A stretch of 25,523 nt of DNA, taken from positions 1 to 25,523 of the forward strand of contig DASVJT010000144.1 in the NCBI GenBank assembly GCA_036385775.1, read 5' to 3'. Origin of the DNA: an archaeon (GTDB taxonomy: Archaea > Halobacteriota > Bog-38 > Methanoflorentales > Methanoflorentaceae). A program made the position numbers and the translations under genes. The notes beneath the pieces were generated by a model that was not told where the DNA came from, did no database searches, and worked only from the letters and a program-made list of their open reading frames with translations. Of the stretch, positions 1-9,528 are shown piece by piece (within the stretch, counting starts at the first letter, position 1; each line of letters starts with the position of its first letter).

Positions 1-1
1 C

Positions 2-238
2 GCGGATCTTCACTCAGTTTTGAATCTAAATGCCATTGCCATCGGCCTTGGGCTTGAGAACATTGAGTACGAGCCTGAGCAGTTTCCCGGTCTGGTCTAC
101 CGGTTATCAGAACCTAAAGTGGTCGTTCTTTTATTCGGTTCAGGCAAACTGGTTGTCACGGGCGGTCGAGTGCCCGAAGACGCGGCTAATGCGGTCGATC
201 GAATCGTGAAGGAGCTTAAAAGTCTGAGCCTAATGTGA
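2..238 (+). CDS. tbp: TATA-box-binding protein, C-terminal repeat (5'-truncated by window edge)
   Basis: Frame is open from base 2: [67 protein letters not shown] and [10 protein letters not shown] are the archaeal TBP signature. Confidence 0.96.
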   Translation, partial: ADLHSVLNLNAIAIGLGLENIEYEPEQFPGLVYRLSEPKVVVLLFGSGKLVVTGGRVPEDAANAVDRIVKELKSLSLM

Positions 239-288
239 TATGACCAGGTTAACTGCTCAATGATCATACCCGAATCAGAACGTTCAAC

Positions 289-744
289 CGCGCCGCTCGC
301 CTAGAAGATTCGTGCTTCAAAATGTGGGCAGTCCACGGCATCGCGCCCGAAATGTTCGACTACAAAACTATGAAGGTCGTCTTAGGTTCCTACCAGCTCC
401 GGCCCTAGATTATCGAGTCGGCCTACTACCTTTACCACTATACCGGTGACGAGAAGTATCGGCGGATGGGTGTGACCTTTTTCAACTCCATAGTCGACCG
501 GTGCAAGACCGAAGTCGGCTTCGCAGCACTAGATGACGTCCGCACGGGCGTCAAGACTGATACGATGGAGAGTTACTTTCTGGCAGAGGCCATGAAATAC
601 GCCTATCTGCTATTCGCCCCGCCCCAGGACTTCGACTTCGAGAGGGTCATTTTCAACACCGAGGCCCACCCGATTTTGAAGAGTGGCGAGTGGCGAGTGG
701 AAAGAGAGAAATGGGAATCCGACAGCGACCTCCACGGTAACTAG
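289..744 (+). pseudogene. Glycoside hydrolase family 47 (alpha-1,2-mannosidase) C-terminal fragment with in-frame amber stop
   Basis: One frame reads RAARLEDSCFKMW...PEMFDY...YQLRP*IIESAYYLY..TGD...MESYFLAEAMKYAYLLF...FNTEAHP. The LRPE, ESYFLAE and NTEAHP motifs are GH47. TAG at 406-408 replaces the E of LRPE, and the N-terminal part is absent. Confidence 0.85.
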
Positions 745-898
745 ATCAAACTCTCGGACTGTGGCGCTTGGCGCGATTACGAAGCAGTCCATAAATAGCA
801 TCGTCAGACTTGTCCTCGGGCCCCGCTAAAAAATCGCGTTGCTTTGGAGCTGATCAGCTATCACAGCTTCGGGCAGAAACAACGTGTTAGCTCTTAAA

Positions 899-1315
899 TC
901 AGCCTTCTTTTTTTCCAAACAGTCTCGCCCAGAAGCTAACCCTGGGAGGGGGGAGCCGCAAGGTCACTAGCTCAAGCTGCTTCTGTAAATTTTCCTTATC
1001 TGCTTGTAATTCGTTTTTTAAACCCATGTAGATAGCAAGCTTTTCTTCGAGGGTTTTTACCTGCGTTCTCACGGTTTCGAGTTCGTTTTGTAGTCCGGCT
1101 ATAACAATATCCTGAGAGTGAAGTTCACTTAATGCAGTCTCTTTCTCTGCCAACTTCTTCTTCCAGTCCTCGGTTTCAGTGGTAGTAGCTCGACTTCCTT
1201 TGAGATATTCTTCTAGAATATTCGCGACTAAGCTCGACCCCTTCATGAACTCTGCAACGTCTTTAGCTCTTAAATAATATACTTCCTTCAAAATAGCGAG
1301 CGCCCACACCAGCAA
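899..1315 (-). CDS. Coiled-coil protein with C-terminal amphipathic helix (FWARLFGKK); start uncertain (TTG 1315 or ATG 1246)
   Basis: Heptad-rich E/K/L/Q region followed by PPPRVSFWARLFGKKEG. Confidence 0.65.
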   Translation of the reverse strand: MLVWALAILKEVYYLRAKDVAEFMKGSSLVANILEEYLKGSRATTTETEDWKKKLAEKETALSELHSQDIVIAGLQNELETVRTQVKTLEEKLAIYMGLKNELQADKENLQKQLELVTLRLPPPRVSFWARLFGKKEG

Positions 1316-1523
1316 TCCCTACTTGCGGACAACTGCAATGGTCCAGATCTAGACTGCTAAACTCTACAAGATGTGCACACTCTCTAGCGAGTTATGATTA
1401 CTAAATGCTAGGGCAGCAAGCCTCAGAACGAAAGTCAACCGATCTCAAAACCAATATATATCGAGATCACAATTCAGGCTACAAAGGCTGTTAAGGCCAT
1501 TGTGAATAAATTGGGGATGGATT

Positions 1524-1991
1524 ATGGGGATTAGAGAGGACTTTACGGACGAGGAGTGGCAGAAACTTCTTAGCATTCCATATGCAGTATCATTGACAAT
1601 AGTCACGGCGGCTCCATCATTCTTGGGCGCCTTTAGCGAATCTAAAGCATTACTTACAGAACCAACCAAGCTGGCAGCTTCAAGTGGAAGCGATTTGGTT
1701 GGCATATTATCAGGCGAGATGCAATCAAAGGCCAAAGAATTGATTAAGCAGCAGCAGGATCAGATCAAACACGATCAATCCGGGTTCAGATCCAAGACTA
1801 TCGAGGCCTGCACATCTGCTTCGGAAATTTTATCCAAGACCATGCCGGATGAGGTTATCGCTTACAAAACGTGGGTATTGGCTATCGGACAAAAGGTAGC
1901 TGAAGCGGCCAAAGAACACGGCGTCGCTGTTAGTGAGTCGGAAAAGGCAGTTCTCAGTGAAGTCTCCGCTGCTTTTGGTATAAGCACATAG
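1524..1991 (+). CDS. Conserved hypothetical protein (DFTDEEW..L...P family)
   Basis: 155-aa ORF. The N-terminus REDFTDEEWQKLLSIPYAV and C-terminus VSESEKAVLSEVSAAFG resemble an uncharacterised helical family. AT-rich TATA-like stretch at ~1453-1460. Confidence 0.75.
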   Translation: MGIREDFTDEEWQKLLSIPYAVSLTIVTAAPSFLGAFSESKALLTEPTKLAASSGSDLVGILSGEMQSKAKELIKQQQDQIKHDQSGFRSKTIEACTSASEILSKTMPDEVIAYKTWVLAIGQKVAEAAKEHGVAVSESEKAVLSEVSAAFGIST

Positions 1992-2360
1992 ACGTTCAAT
2001 TAGGTTATCCAATTACGACTATAGGCTACAGCCCTGTTTTTTGGGAGCCAATAAGCAATTTGTGCCTTAAGACAGTAAAATTGGCTTTTTTGACCTGCTT
2101 CATACACTTAACTTTGAGTTCTGGGTGAGGAGACTAACAAAATCAACCCTTTTGATTCGCAATAGTTAGTATAGAGAACACAAGTAACTGTTTTATGCAT
2201 TTTTTGTGTAATCCAAAAATATGCGATCACAGTGCAGCACCGCTGCACGAAACCCTACGATTCTATTGCCGAGAGAGTTCAAAACCCTTGTCGAAGGGAC
2301 GGCGATTATCCACTTAAGTCAAGGCGAAAAGAGACGGGAACGCGAAAGGGATCGAAGATA

Positions 2361-2756
2361 ATGACCGATGACCCGTTATACTACACTGAGCAAGAACTTG
2401 ACGACTTTTTTAAAGAACGTGCCGCGTTCGCTGAGCGTATAAAAGCGATCGGAAAAAAAGTAAAAGGACTAATAGCGAGCAGACACAAATTGATCGCAAA
2501 GATGGGTGCGGTCGCCGATCAACAAGCGCAGGTCGCTAAACAAGCGCACGAGGTGGAGAATGTAGACTTAAAAAGTGTTTTTGAACTGAATAAGGAGATG
2601 GACGCTTTATTTGATGAGTGGTACACGACCGAAATCAAGCTCGATGCGCTCAAAAGCGAGTTGACTCATTGCAACAACATGATGGACGATATCCTCAAAG
2701 ATACGTTACGCGACCCTAGAATGCATAAGCTTTACGACGAGATGAAGAATGAGTAA
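2361..2756 (+). CDS. Hypothetical coiled-coil protein (131 aa)
   Basis: ATG at 2361 (MTDDPLYY...) is more plausible than the GTG at 2232; the product is charged and helical. Confidence 0.6.
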   Translation: MTDDPLYYTEQELDDFFKERAAFAERIKAIGKKVKGLIASRHKLIAKMGAVADQQAQVAKQAHEVENVDLKSVFELNKEMDALFDEWYTTEIKLDALKSELTHCNNMMDDILKDTLRDPRMHKLYDEMKNE

Positions 2757-3136
2757 GCGAACTTAAAAACGAGGGCTAGTCAAACGGATCGTCGAGGCAC
2801 AAGATGGCGCGATCACGAATGAAAGCGAGAAAGAAAAGCACAACGTTTATAAGCTCCCTCAAATCGCAAATTGATCTTTATGTATCTAACTTGAACGTCA
2901 CCGCTCCCTAATGCAACATATAAACATCATACTAGTCCTCAGGCAGTGGATGCTGCAAAACCGCCAATCCGCCTTAGAGACGTCGCGCATAAGGATATAA
3001 GCTGCTCAAGCTGATATTATCGCATAGTATAGCGTTATTGTATCAATGCGACTTAGATGCTAGGGGCTAAGAACACTGGTGGTGTGTCTACCGACTGAAC
3101 AAAAGACTAAAAGTAAAATCTCGCGCACGCGTTAAA

Positions 3137-3604
3137 TTATACGATTCGGTGCTTCAGGTTCGATGCGAACTCTTCCGCATTTTTAAGGTCTTCAGCGTTA
3201 GGCCTCCCTTTGTTCATTCCTCCAAACAGTTTAAGGAAGCTATTTGTGTTAAAACCTTTACAACCAAATTCATCAACGATTAGGTAACCTTTCGATTGCA
3301 GTTTTTTCCTGAGCAGCGAATGATCTTTAGCGACTTTGGCTTCTCCCGTAATTCCACTGGTTGAAAAAATGAATGCTTTCTTGTTGGCGACCTGTGGTAG
3401 TTTATCGGCAAGGTCAAGCAGATATTTATGGTGTTTTGCACCATATATCCCTGAGCCAAAGCCAATTAGGCTATACTCTTGAAGCTCTTCAAGGGTCACT
3501 TGCTGTGGTGTTTTTATTTGTGCATCAAGCACTTTTGCGAAGACTTGAGCAATTTTTTCAGTATTATTGTGGTGATACGACCACAAAACCAACAGAGATT
3601 TCAT
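3137..3604 (-). CDS. Flavodoxin family protein
   Basis: SYHHNNTEKIA (phosphate loop), LIGFGSGIYGAKHH, AFIFSTSG and GRPNAEDL are typical of archaeal flavodoxin-like proteins. Confidence 0.88.
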   Translation of the reverse strand: MKSLLVLWSYHHNNTEKIAQVFAKVLDAQIKTPQQVTLEELQEYSLIGFGSGIYGAKHHKYLLDLADKLPQVANKKAFIFSTSGITGEAKVAKDHSLLRKKLQSKGYLIVDEFGCKGFNTNSFLKLFGGMNKGRPNAEDLKNAEEFASNLKHRIV

Positions 3605-3790
3605 CGCATTAGTCCTTCACTTCGTCTCATCATTTATCTTTAAGGTAAAATAGTAGGCTAGCTGCCCACCCCATGCTCAACAAAGTGGATATCGATTTTG
3701 GGGTTCCTTTTCAGATATAAATTAATGCGTCACAGTTATGGCATGAGAATTGGAATGGTTAAATCATTTTTTAGCCACTTTCATACGCGT

Positions 3791-4059
3791 ATACAATCTC
3801 CGCAAGAGCCAATTTGTCAAAGTTGTGGCATGCCACTTAAAAAGAATGAAGATTTCGTAACCAATGCTGACGAAAGTAAAAGTGAAGAGTTTTGTTTTCA
3901 CTGCTTTCAGAAGGGCTACTTTTTTGATGAAGGAATAAATTGCAGGAGAAAATTGAAAAGAACATAAAATTCGGCATTCAGATGGGAATGCCGGAAGGTG
4001 TGGCAAGACATATGTGCGAAAACATATTGCCACAGCTTAAGAGGTGGCGGAAAGAGTAA
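3791..4059 (+). pseudogene. Putative zinc-ribbon (CQSCGMP...C.HC) protein, start codon lost and frameshifted
   Basis: ATA at 3791 stands in the start position, followed by ICQSCGMPL...FCFHCFQKG. A 1-nt shift near 3938 continues LQEKIEKNIKFGIQMGMPE...LPQLKRWRKE* (TAA 4057-4059). Confidence 0.8.
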
Positions 4060-4160
4060 GTTGTTCAGCCTTCCTTTTAAGTCCGCTTCCATTCATCGCG
4101 CTAAAGTTGATTGCTATGATGGAGGGGTTACTCTATCTGAAAAAGGGTAAGCGACCTAAC

Positions 4161-4627
4161 ACGCAATTGAAACCAACAGTCGTGATAGCAGTCCTTTCGC
4201 TTGTTGTTGCCTCTTTTTAGTAGCAGGTTGCACGGATACCCAAGAAACAACGCCATCGAATGCAGGCGGCGTTGCCTTCGCCGTCAATTCAGTAACGACA
4301 AGCAGTAGGATAGGAAACGACCCGATACTTGCAAGCAAGCCACATCCCGGGAACCATTTCATTACGTTCAACGTGACCGTTACTAATGTGAATAAAGACG
4401 ATCTCACGATCGGTAGTTACACCAATTTTACGCTGACGACGAAAGACGAGACGGTTAATTCTCCTTTTTGGAGAAGTCTAAGCGATGACACACTCAGTTC
4501 AAAAGCCCACACGTATCCCTGAGAGAAGGTGACGGGAACGATTACGTTTGAGATCCCACAGAACGGGGAGGCTACTGCGTTGGGTTATGCCGACGGCGTT
4601 AATGGTGTGATAACAATCAATTTATAA
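4161..4627 (+). pseudogene. DUF4352-like lipoprotein pseudogene, paralog of 11964-12470
   Basis: ACG replaces ATG (QLKPTVVIAVLSLVVAS...). A 1-nt loss in the T run 4214-4218 precedes LVAGC, and TGA at 4520-4522 interrupts YP(G)EKVTGTITFEIPQ. Ends ...GVITINL*. Confidence 0.8.
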
Positions 4628-4670
4628 TCGAACATACTGATTCGTTTGACGTCTCCTTATCCCCTCTCCA

Positions 4671-4683
4671 TTTTTTTCGATTT
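4671..4683 (+). terminator. Pyrimidine tract + TTTTTTTCGATTT 3' motif
   Basis: About 45 bp after the stop at 4627; the same motif follows stops at 5072 and 12470 and recurs at 21278. Confidence 0.5.
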
Positions 4684-4916
4684 AGCACTTATTTGAGGCT
4701 AAAATTTCAGATAATCGCGCCACATCACGATCTTTCTTCCGCACGAGAGATCATATTTTGTTGTGGAGCATAATTCAGAATACGTGAGCTTAGGGTTTAG
4801 TGACGATCGAAAAAAGCACTCGTAAAATCAACATTTTCCACTTAATAAAGAAACAAATTAGTATAAGGAACAGATTAGTACTTAGCTCAACTAAAATTCA
4901 ATAGGAGGTGAAAAGA

Positions 4917-5072
4917 ATGGAGAATCAACAAATGAGCGCAGGTGCAATGATAGGACTTGCTATTATACTCGGAGCCCTTATAGCGATATTTCCAGGTTTA
5001 GTAATTTGGTTTGCTTGGCTAGCAGTTATCTTTTTGTTTATCGGTGGAATCCTTGCCTTATTCACCAGGTAA
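4917..5072 (+). CDS. 51-aa two-helix membrane micro-protein
   Basis: AGGAGGTGA RBS at ~4902-4910; MENQQMSAGAMIGLAIILGALIAIFPGLVIWFAWLAVIFLFIGGILALFTR; T-rich motif downstream (~5108-5122). Confidence 0.75.
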   Translation: MENQQMSAGAMIGLAIILGALIAIFPGLVIWFAWLAVIFLFIGGILALFTR

Positions 5073-5354
5073 TTCAGTTATAACCTTGAACACATAAAAT
5101 CTATTTATTTTTTTTTCGATTTCCTTTGATAAATGGTTTCCGTGTGAGAGTGGTCACTAAACTTCATCCATGCTCATTTTGATTCCACTTATGTAGTGCA
5201 TGAGAACCGATAAGCTATTATCGAAAAAAGAGTCAAAACAACATCGTTTGCTTATACGCCCTTCCCTTACTTAAGCCTGCAATAACGTGGGCTAAAGCAA
5301 TGGAAGAATGAGGGCTTATGAAAAACGCCGGTACAAAAAAGAATGCTAGCCAGT

Positions 5355-5558
5355 TCAGTCTTTGTCTTCACTTTTATAATTTTCAATCAGATCTAACACT
5401 TCCATGTAGGCAACGTATCGCCCGTTTGCAAAAGAAGCAGCTGTATCAACTGAGTCACGATTATCCTTGGCACTTTGGTTTGCTCCTTCCTTGCACAATT
5501 CTATAATCTGTTTAACCAGAGTTTTGTAATCCTCCAATGTATGGATAGCTTTAACCAT
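5355..5558 (-). CDS. Hypothetical protein (67 aa)
   Basis: GAGGG 6 nt before the ATG; helical, natural-looking composition. Confidence 0.55.
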   Translation of the reverse strand: MVKAIHTLEDYKTLVKQIIELCKEGANQSAKDNRDSVDTAASFANGRYVAYMEVLDLIENYKSEDKD

Positions 5559-5684
5559 TTTTATCCCTCATTGCGTCTTAGCTTAGGTCTTCCAGCGTGG
5601 ACGGCTGAGCAATCAGGTGCGCTTATTAAGATATGGCAAAGCGAAAACACTTAGCCTTGGGTGTGATGGTTCAGTCTATGATCA

Positions 5685-5786
5685 CTAACCAAACCAAAAA
5701 TTCCACCGCAGAATTGCACCGCCGATTACGACAACTAATAGCAGCACGATTATGATTATCGTCCCTATCCACCACTTCGTGTCCAT
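5685..5786 (-). CDS. 33-aa single-pass membrane micro-protein
   Basis: AGGAGGTA RBS before the ATG; MDTKWWIGTIIIIVLLLVVVIGGAILRWNFWFG. Confidence 0.7.
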   Translation of the reverse strand: MDTKWWIGTIIIIVLLLVVVIGGAILRWNFWFG

Positions 5787-6205
5787 GTTTACCTCCTCTT
5801 GAATGTCCAATTGAGTGCGTCTCTATAATTCTTATCCCAATTCCAGAAACTAAACGGAGAAATAGTGTTTTAGAGTGCTATTCACGAAAATCATAAATTT
5901 TGACCTTGCTCGTGATTTTCCCACAGCTCGGTGCTTTTCTATACATGAGTGATTTCGGCTTCAGTTTCGCAACACATTAGGAATGATCTAATCGTTAGCT
6001 TAAGTCTCGCAGCGTGAAACAGTAGCGAACCGCAAATACCTAAGAACTTAGAGTTTAGTCCGTTTGAGCTGCTCGAAATAGAAATTGTTAAGCCACAAAT
6101 AACCACTTGACTAAGCGTATGCAACGAAGCCAATAACCGCGAAGTAAAGTTAAGAGATCAAAGAGCTTCGATTAACGTCTAAAAGTGATTTGCTTGGATG
6201 ATAGG

Positions 6206-6487
6206 ATGAAGCGTGACGATAGAGGAACGCTTTACGTTGACCAAAGGCTGCAAGGGCAATCCGAACAGGTTGAAGAAATTGACGAAGTAGAAGAAGTAGA
6301 AGAAATTGAAGAATCACACGGGTTGTTATACTACCTACGTATGGTAGTATTCGGCATAATAATGGCATTCGGAATATTATTTGCACTATTTTTCGGGTTC
6401 ATATTTCTTGCCATAATCGGAATATTAATATTTTTGATGGCGCTATTTTTCGGATTCCTACTTCTATGGGGGCTCCTTAGAAGGTGA
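6206..6487 (+). CDS. Membrane protein with acidic EEIDEVEEVEEIEE repeat and two TM helices
   Basis: ATG at 6206; 9-bp GAAGAA(A/G)T(T/A)-type tandem repeats at ~6271-6312, then a hydrophobic C-terminal half. Confidence 0.7.
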   Translation: MKRDDRGTLYVDQRLQGQSEQVEEIDEVEEVEEIEESHGLLYYLRMVVFGIIMAFGILFALFFGFIFLAIIGILIFLMALFFGFLLLWGLLRR

Positions 6488-6973
6488 TTGATACATTCAC
6501 CAAGCACCTTTTCCTTCAATTGTAGGCGTATAGGTGGGTGAGGAGAATTATTTTGTGTGGCATTTTGTGTGGCGTTTAACAAAAAGAAGAGATCGCCCCC
6601 CCAAACCACAATATGCCTTTTAGAACGGCGAAAATGACTGCGAAAAGGATATGGAGCGTCCAATAATTGGCGTGCCAAATTAGTCTTCTGTACCACCCAG
6701 TCAGGCCCATTCCAAATGAACCTTCCATTTGCACGATGTCGAGTGGACATATCGCTGAAAAACCGAATAACGTCTTTTCGAGTTGCGCTAAAATGTTTAG
6801 CTGTGCGGCGCTTACTTTACTCTCGGCCCAAAGTTTACAAGCCCAAACCATTGAAATGCCAATCGCTGTAATTAGCGAAGTTGGTCTACCAAATCTCGCC
6901 ATCGTTCAATGCGGCCTTCGAGATCTGTCTCAACAAAAAGAAGCAGTCATCTATAGCCTAAGCTATTTATGAC

Positions 6974-7055
6974 GCAAGGCGTGAGTGGAATTGATTGAAA
7001 GCATTACAAACATCCGCTGCCTGAGCACGTGAATGACGTTTATCTGCAATATTGG
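6974..7055 (+). repeat. Degraded copy of the segment at 13780-13860 (LKAL.HPLPEHV.DVY...W)
   Basis: GATTGAAAGCA..CATCCG.TGCCTGAGCACGT..ATGA.GTTTAT is shared by both copies; this copy has a TGA stop and a 1-nt insertion. Confidence 0.8.
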
Positions 7056-7375
7056 AAGGACACTCGATTCACAGCATAAGGGGCCTGAGGATAAGTAAGA
7101 ATTGCCGGACGAAAAACTTGAATACTCTTTTTGACGGAAACGTTAAATTGTTATTAATCGAGCTCGATTTAGCTACTACAAAGGAGCGTATAGAGGAAAA
7201 AATAACAAAAAAGGAAGGTGGAGTGGGCTTTGCATATGCAGATGCATAGCCCTAAAGATTGTGTTTTGTGTCTAAAAAATCTATCTTTCGTTCCGTTCCA
7301 CACTTGACCATAGCTATCTACAAGATAGGTAACTACTACATTCTCAAATATGAGTTTGCTTCACAACTGTGTTTG

Positions 7376-7702
7376 GTGGTTGTCCTGGAACTTACAGCGG
7401 AGGATTGGTATAACAAAGGCTTGGTTGATAAGGTAGAGCGCCGCTTAGAAGAGGCGGTACAGTGCTTTGATAAGGCACTGGAGCTCGACCCGAAGTATGT
7501 TCAAGCGTGGTACGGCAAGGGAGACGCACTTTACATAATGGGCAGGTGTGGTAAAGAGGCAGCCGGCCTGGAAAAATCGCTTGTGTTACCCTATCTGGAC
7601 GCAGCACTCCGGTGCTTCGATAAAGTAATTAAGCTTGATCCGCAAAATAAGGTTGCTTCGGGTCGTAAACAGCAGACACTTAATGCAATCCGTAAATTAT
7701 AA
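7376..7702 (+). CDS. Tetratricopeptide repeat protein
   Basis: AEDWYNKG...AVQCFDKALELDPKYVQAWYGKGDAL and a second CFDKVIKLDPQN repeat; start estimated (GTG 7376). Confidence 0.85.
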   Translation: MVVLELTAEDWYNKGLVDKVERRLEEAVQCFDKALELDPKYVQAWYGKGDALYIMGRCGKEAAGLEKSLVLPYLDAALRCFDKVIKLDPQNKVASGRKQQTLNAIRKL

Positions 7703-7768
7703 TAGAGGCTCAAGCAAGGTATAGCGGAACTGGTTTAGCGACGAAAATAACGATCAAAAAAGAGGATT

Positions 7769-8028
7769 ATGACAGATAAGAAGCTTTGCAGATTTTGCCA
7801 CGCAACTGTGGAACATCACGGAATGTTTTGCATAAACTGCGGGGCTCCTATCGAGAGCCATCGCATGGAGCGCATAGCCCCTCAGCGCTACAAACGGAGA
7901 ACGTACTCGATGAAATCGCAAAACTAGAGGCGCTGCGCGATCGGGGCGTCATTACAGAAATAGCGTTTCGAGAGCAAAGAAAGAATTTAATCGCAACCCT
8001 AACTGTAAAACAAAGTAAGAAGAGTTGA
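7769..8028 (+). pseudogene. Zinc-ribbon + SHOCT domain protein, frameshifted
   Basis: MTDKKLCRFC...FCINCGAP in one frame (stop 7925-7927); LDEIAKLEALRDRGVITEIAFREQRKNL (SHOCT-like) in another. AGAGGA RBS upstream. Confidence 0.75.
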
Positions 8029-8078
8029 CCACGTCGTTTGTAACTGCCCCAAGGGTGGCTGCTCGTAAGGAGGCAAAG

Positions 8079-8342
8079 ATGGAACCTATCGAACCAGGGC
8101 ATGAAACGATAATTAATGAGCTTGAAGATGTGCAGCTTCAGATAGCGAAGCTTTGGGATGTAGTGACTGAACTTCGCCGGGATCTCGACGATTTAAAACT
8201 CGACTATTCGAATTATAAGCGGGTCAATGCCGAGATATTTACCGAACTTCAAAAAGACGTAGACGGATTAAAGGCGATCTGGAGCTTCGGCCAACGAATG
8301 AGCAATACTTCGGGCAAGGATAATCAAAAAAGGCGAGACTGA
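8079..8342 (+). CDS. Hypothetical coiled-coil protein
   Basis: AAGGAGG RBS before ATG 8079. The frame stays open past the TGA (RRFNEEIERELDANR...), so the stop may be premature. Confidence 0.6.
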   Translation: MEPIEPGHETIINELEDVQLQIAKLWDVVTELRRDLDDLKLDYSNYKRVNAEIFTELQKDVDGLKAIWSFGQRMSNTSGKDNQKRRD

Positions 8343-8434
8343 AGAAGATTTAACGAAGAAATAGAACGAGAGCTAGACGCGAACCGAATCAGTTTAGACG
8401 TCTTAAATATTATACCATGATCATGAGGTAACGC

Positions 8435-8920
8435 TTGACTCCGAAAGACATAGACGAACGCGAAGGGCGGTTCGAAGATTTAGACGTGCATGAGGATTTT
8501 AAAGCTAAAGGCATACGCACCGAAAGACTCCATACGCCTCCGACTGAAGCAGACTATAACGAACTTTATCAAGCGTATTGTGACAGCGACGGCGAGTATG
8601 AAGAAGGGAGCGGCAAGCGTTCTTTGTTTTATTACTCAGACGCGCTTTTTACCGGCGAAGAATTGCTTAAGGGGTTTGCGAAGGCGTTAGCTTACGGCAA
8701 TAAAGGCGAGTGGAATTACAACGCGTTCGATGAAGACACCCTTAACGAAGTTATTAAAGCGTTTGGAGACGGGGCGATTTACCAACCCGCGCGAGCGTAT
8801 AGCGTAGAAATTTTAGTACATCGGGATTTGACCGGGATTGACTTAACGGCATTAGATGCAATGATGGCCGTCGAGATCGATATTGTAGCGCCTAACGTGC
8901 TGCGTTTGTTGTTTGATTGA
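8435..8920 (+). CDS. Acidic hypothetical protein (161 aa)
   Basis: GAGGTA RBS before the TTG; long ORF with protein-like composition; no family recognised. Confidence 0.65.
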   Translation: MTPKDIDEREGRFEDLDVHEDFKAKGIRTERLHTPPTEADYNELYQAYCDSDGEYEEGSGKRSLFYYSDALFTGEELLKGFAKALAYGNKGEWNYNAFDEDTLNEVIKAFGDGAIYQPARAYSVEILVHRDLTGIDLTALDAMMAVEIDIVAPNVLRLLFD

Positions 8921-9042
8921 TTGACTAGAGGTAAAAAATGAAGCTTAATCCTGTCGATTTTGCTATATAGTCGCGTACGGCGAAAATCTAAGCTTTCTAT
9001 TTGGCAAAAAAAGGGGCTAGAACCATCTGACCTGGGAGTTGT

Positions 9043-9171
9043 CCGCCGCTGTGTTAGCCAGTGGACAGCAAGCAGGCAACTTGTCACCAAATTGTCGTGC
9101 TGTCCTGTCTTCAGCGCGCCTAGTTCTGGAGTCCCAGCACCTCTCATCTTAAGGCTGTATTGAAGCAATTC
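9043..9171 (-). pseudogene. Possible terminase large-subunit C-terminal nuclease remnant
   Basis: ELLQYSLKMRGAGTPELGALKTGQHDNLVTSCLLAVHWL resembles the terminal EL..F.....G...A..G.HDDLV.A..LA.W motif; the upstream part is missing. Confidence 0.45.
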
Positions 9172-9295
9172 AATTATATGTTAAGTGGGAATCGCGAAAA
9201 GAAGCAGAGAAAATCCCGCTAGAGGTCGTTAACATGGCAGAAATCAGTTAGATTATGTGTCCTCTCCCTTGCTTCGTAGTTTCACTTTCTTTCTG

Positions 9296-9457
9296 CTATT
9301 GTAGTAAGGGGATAACTAATCCAATGACTATGCATGTTATGCCAATGATTACAAAAGGCATTCCCCAGCCCCAGTGAATTGATGTTACTGAGTATGATGC
9401 TAACGTTGTAATAATCACACCAGCGATTAGGAAAGCCACTCCGGCTAGCGAAACCAA
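9296..9457 (-). CDS. 53-aa two-helix membrane micro-protein (TTG start)
   Basis: AGGAGGTA RBS; MVSLAGVAFLIAGVIITTLASYSVTSIHWGWGMPFVIIGITCIVIGLVIPLLQ. Confidence 0.65.
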   Translation of the reverse strand: MVSLAGVAFLIAGVIITTLASYSVTSIHWGWGMPFVIIGITCIVIGLVIPLLQ

Positions 9458-9486
9458 CCCTTTTTACCTCCTTTTGCTCGACGCAG

Positions 9487-9528
9487 AAAAAAAGGAAAAA
9501 ATGCAGGTCATCGGGCGTGGGCCTGCAT
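9487..9528 (-). terminator. Hairpin + long U-tract terminator
   Basis: ATGCAGGTC/GGCCTGCAT stem (9501-9509/9520-9528) followed on the minus strand by TTTTTTCCTTTTTTT, directly after the stop at 9528-9530. Confidence 0.65.

Noticed and set aside
790-830. GTCCTCGGGCCCCGCT as a tRNA 3' end or att site
   Set aside because: No TTCGAAT-like T-loop or T-stem upstream.
7711-7742. GCAAGGTATAGCGGAACTGGTTTAGCG as a tRNA 5' half
   Set aside because: Only a loose D-arm resemblance, with no anticodon or T-arm.
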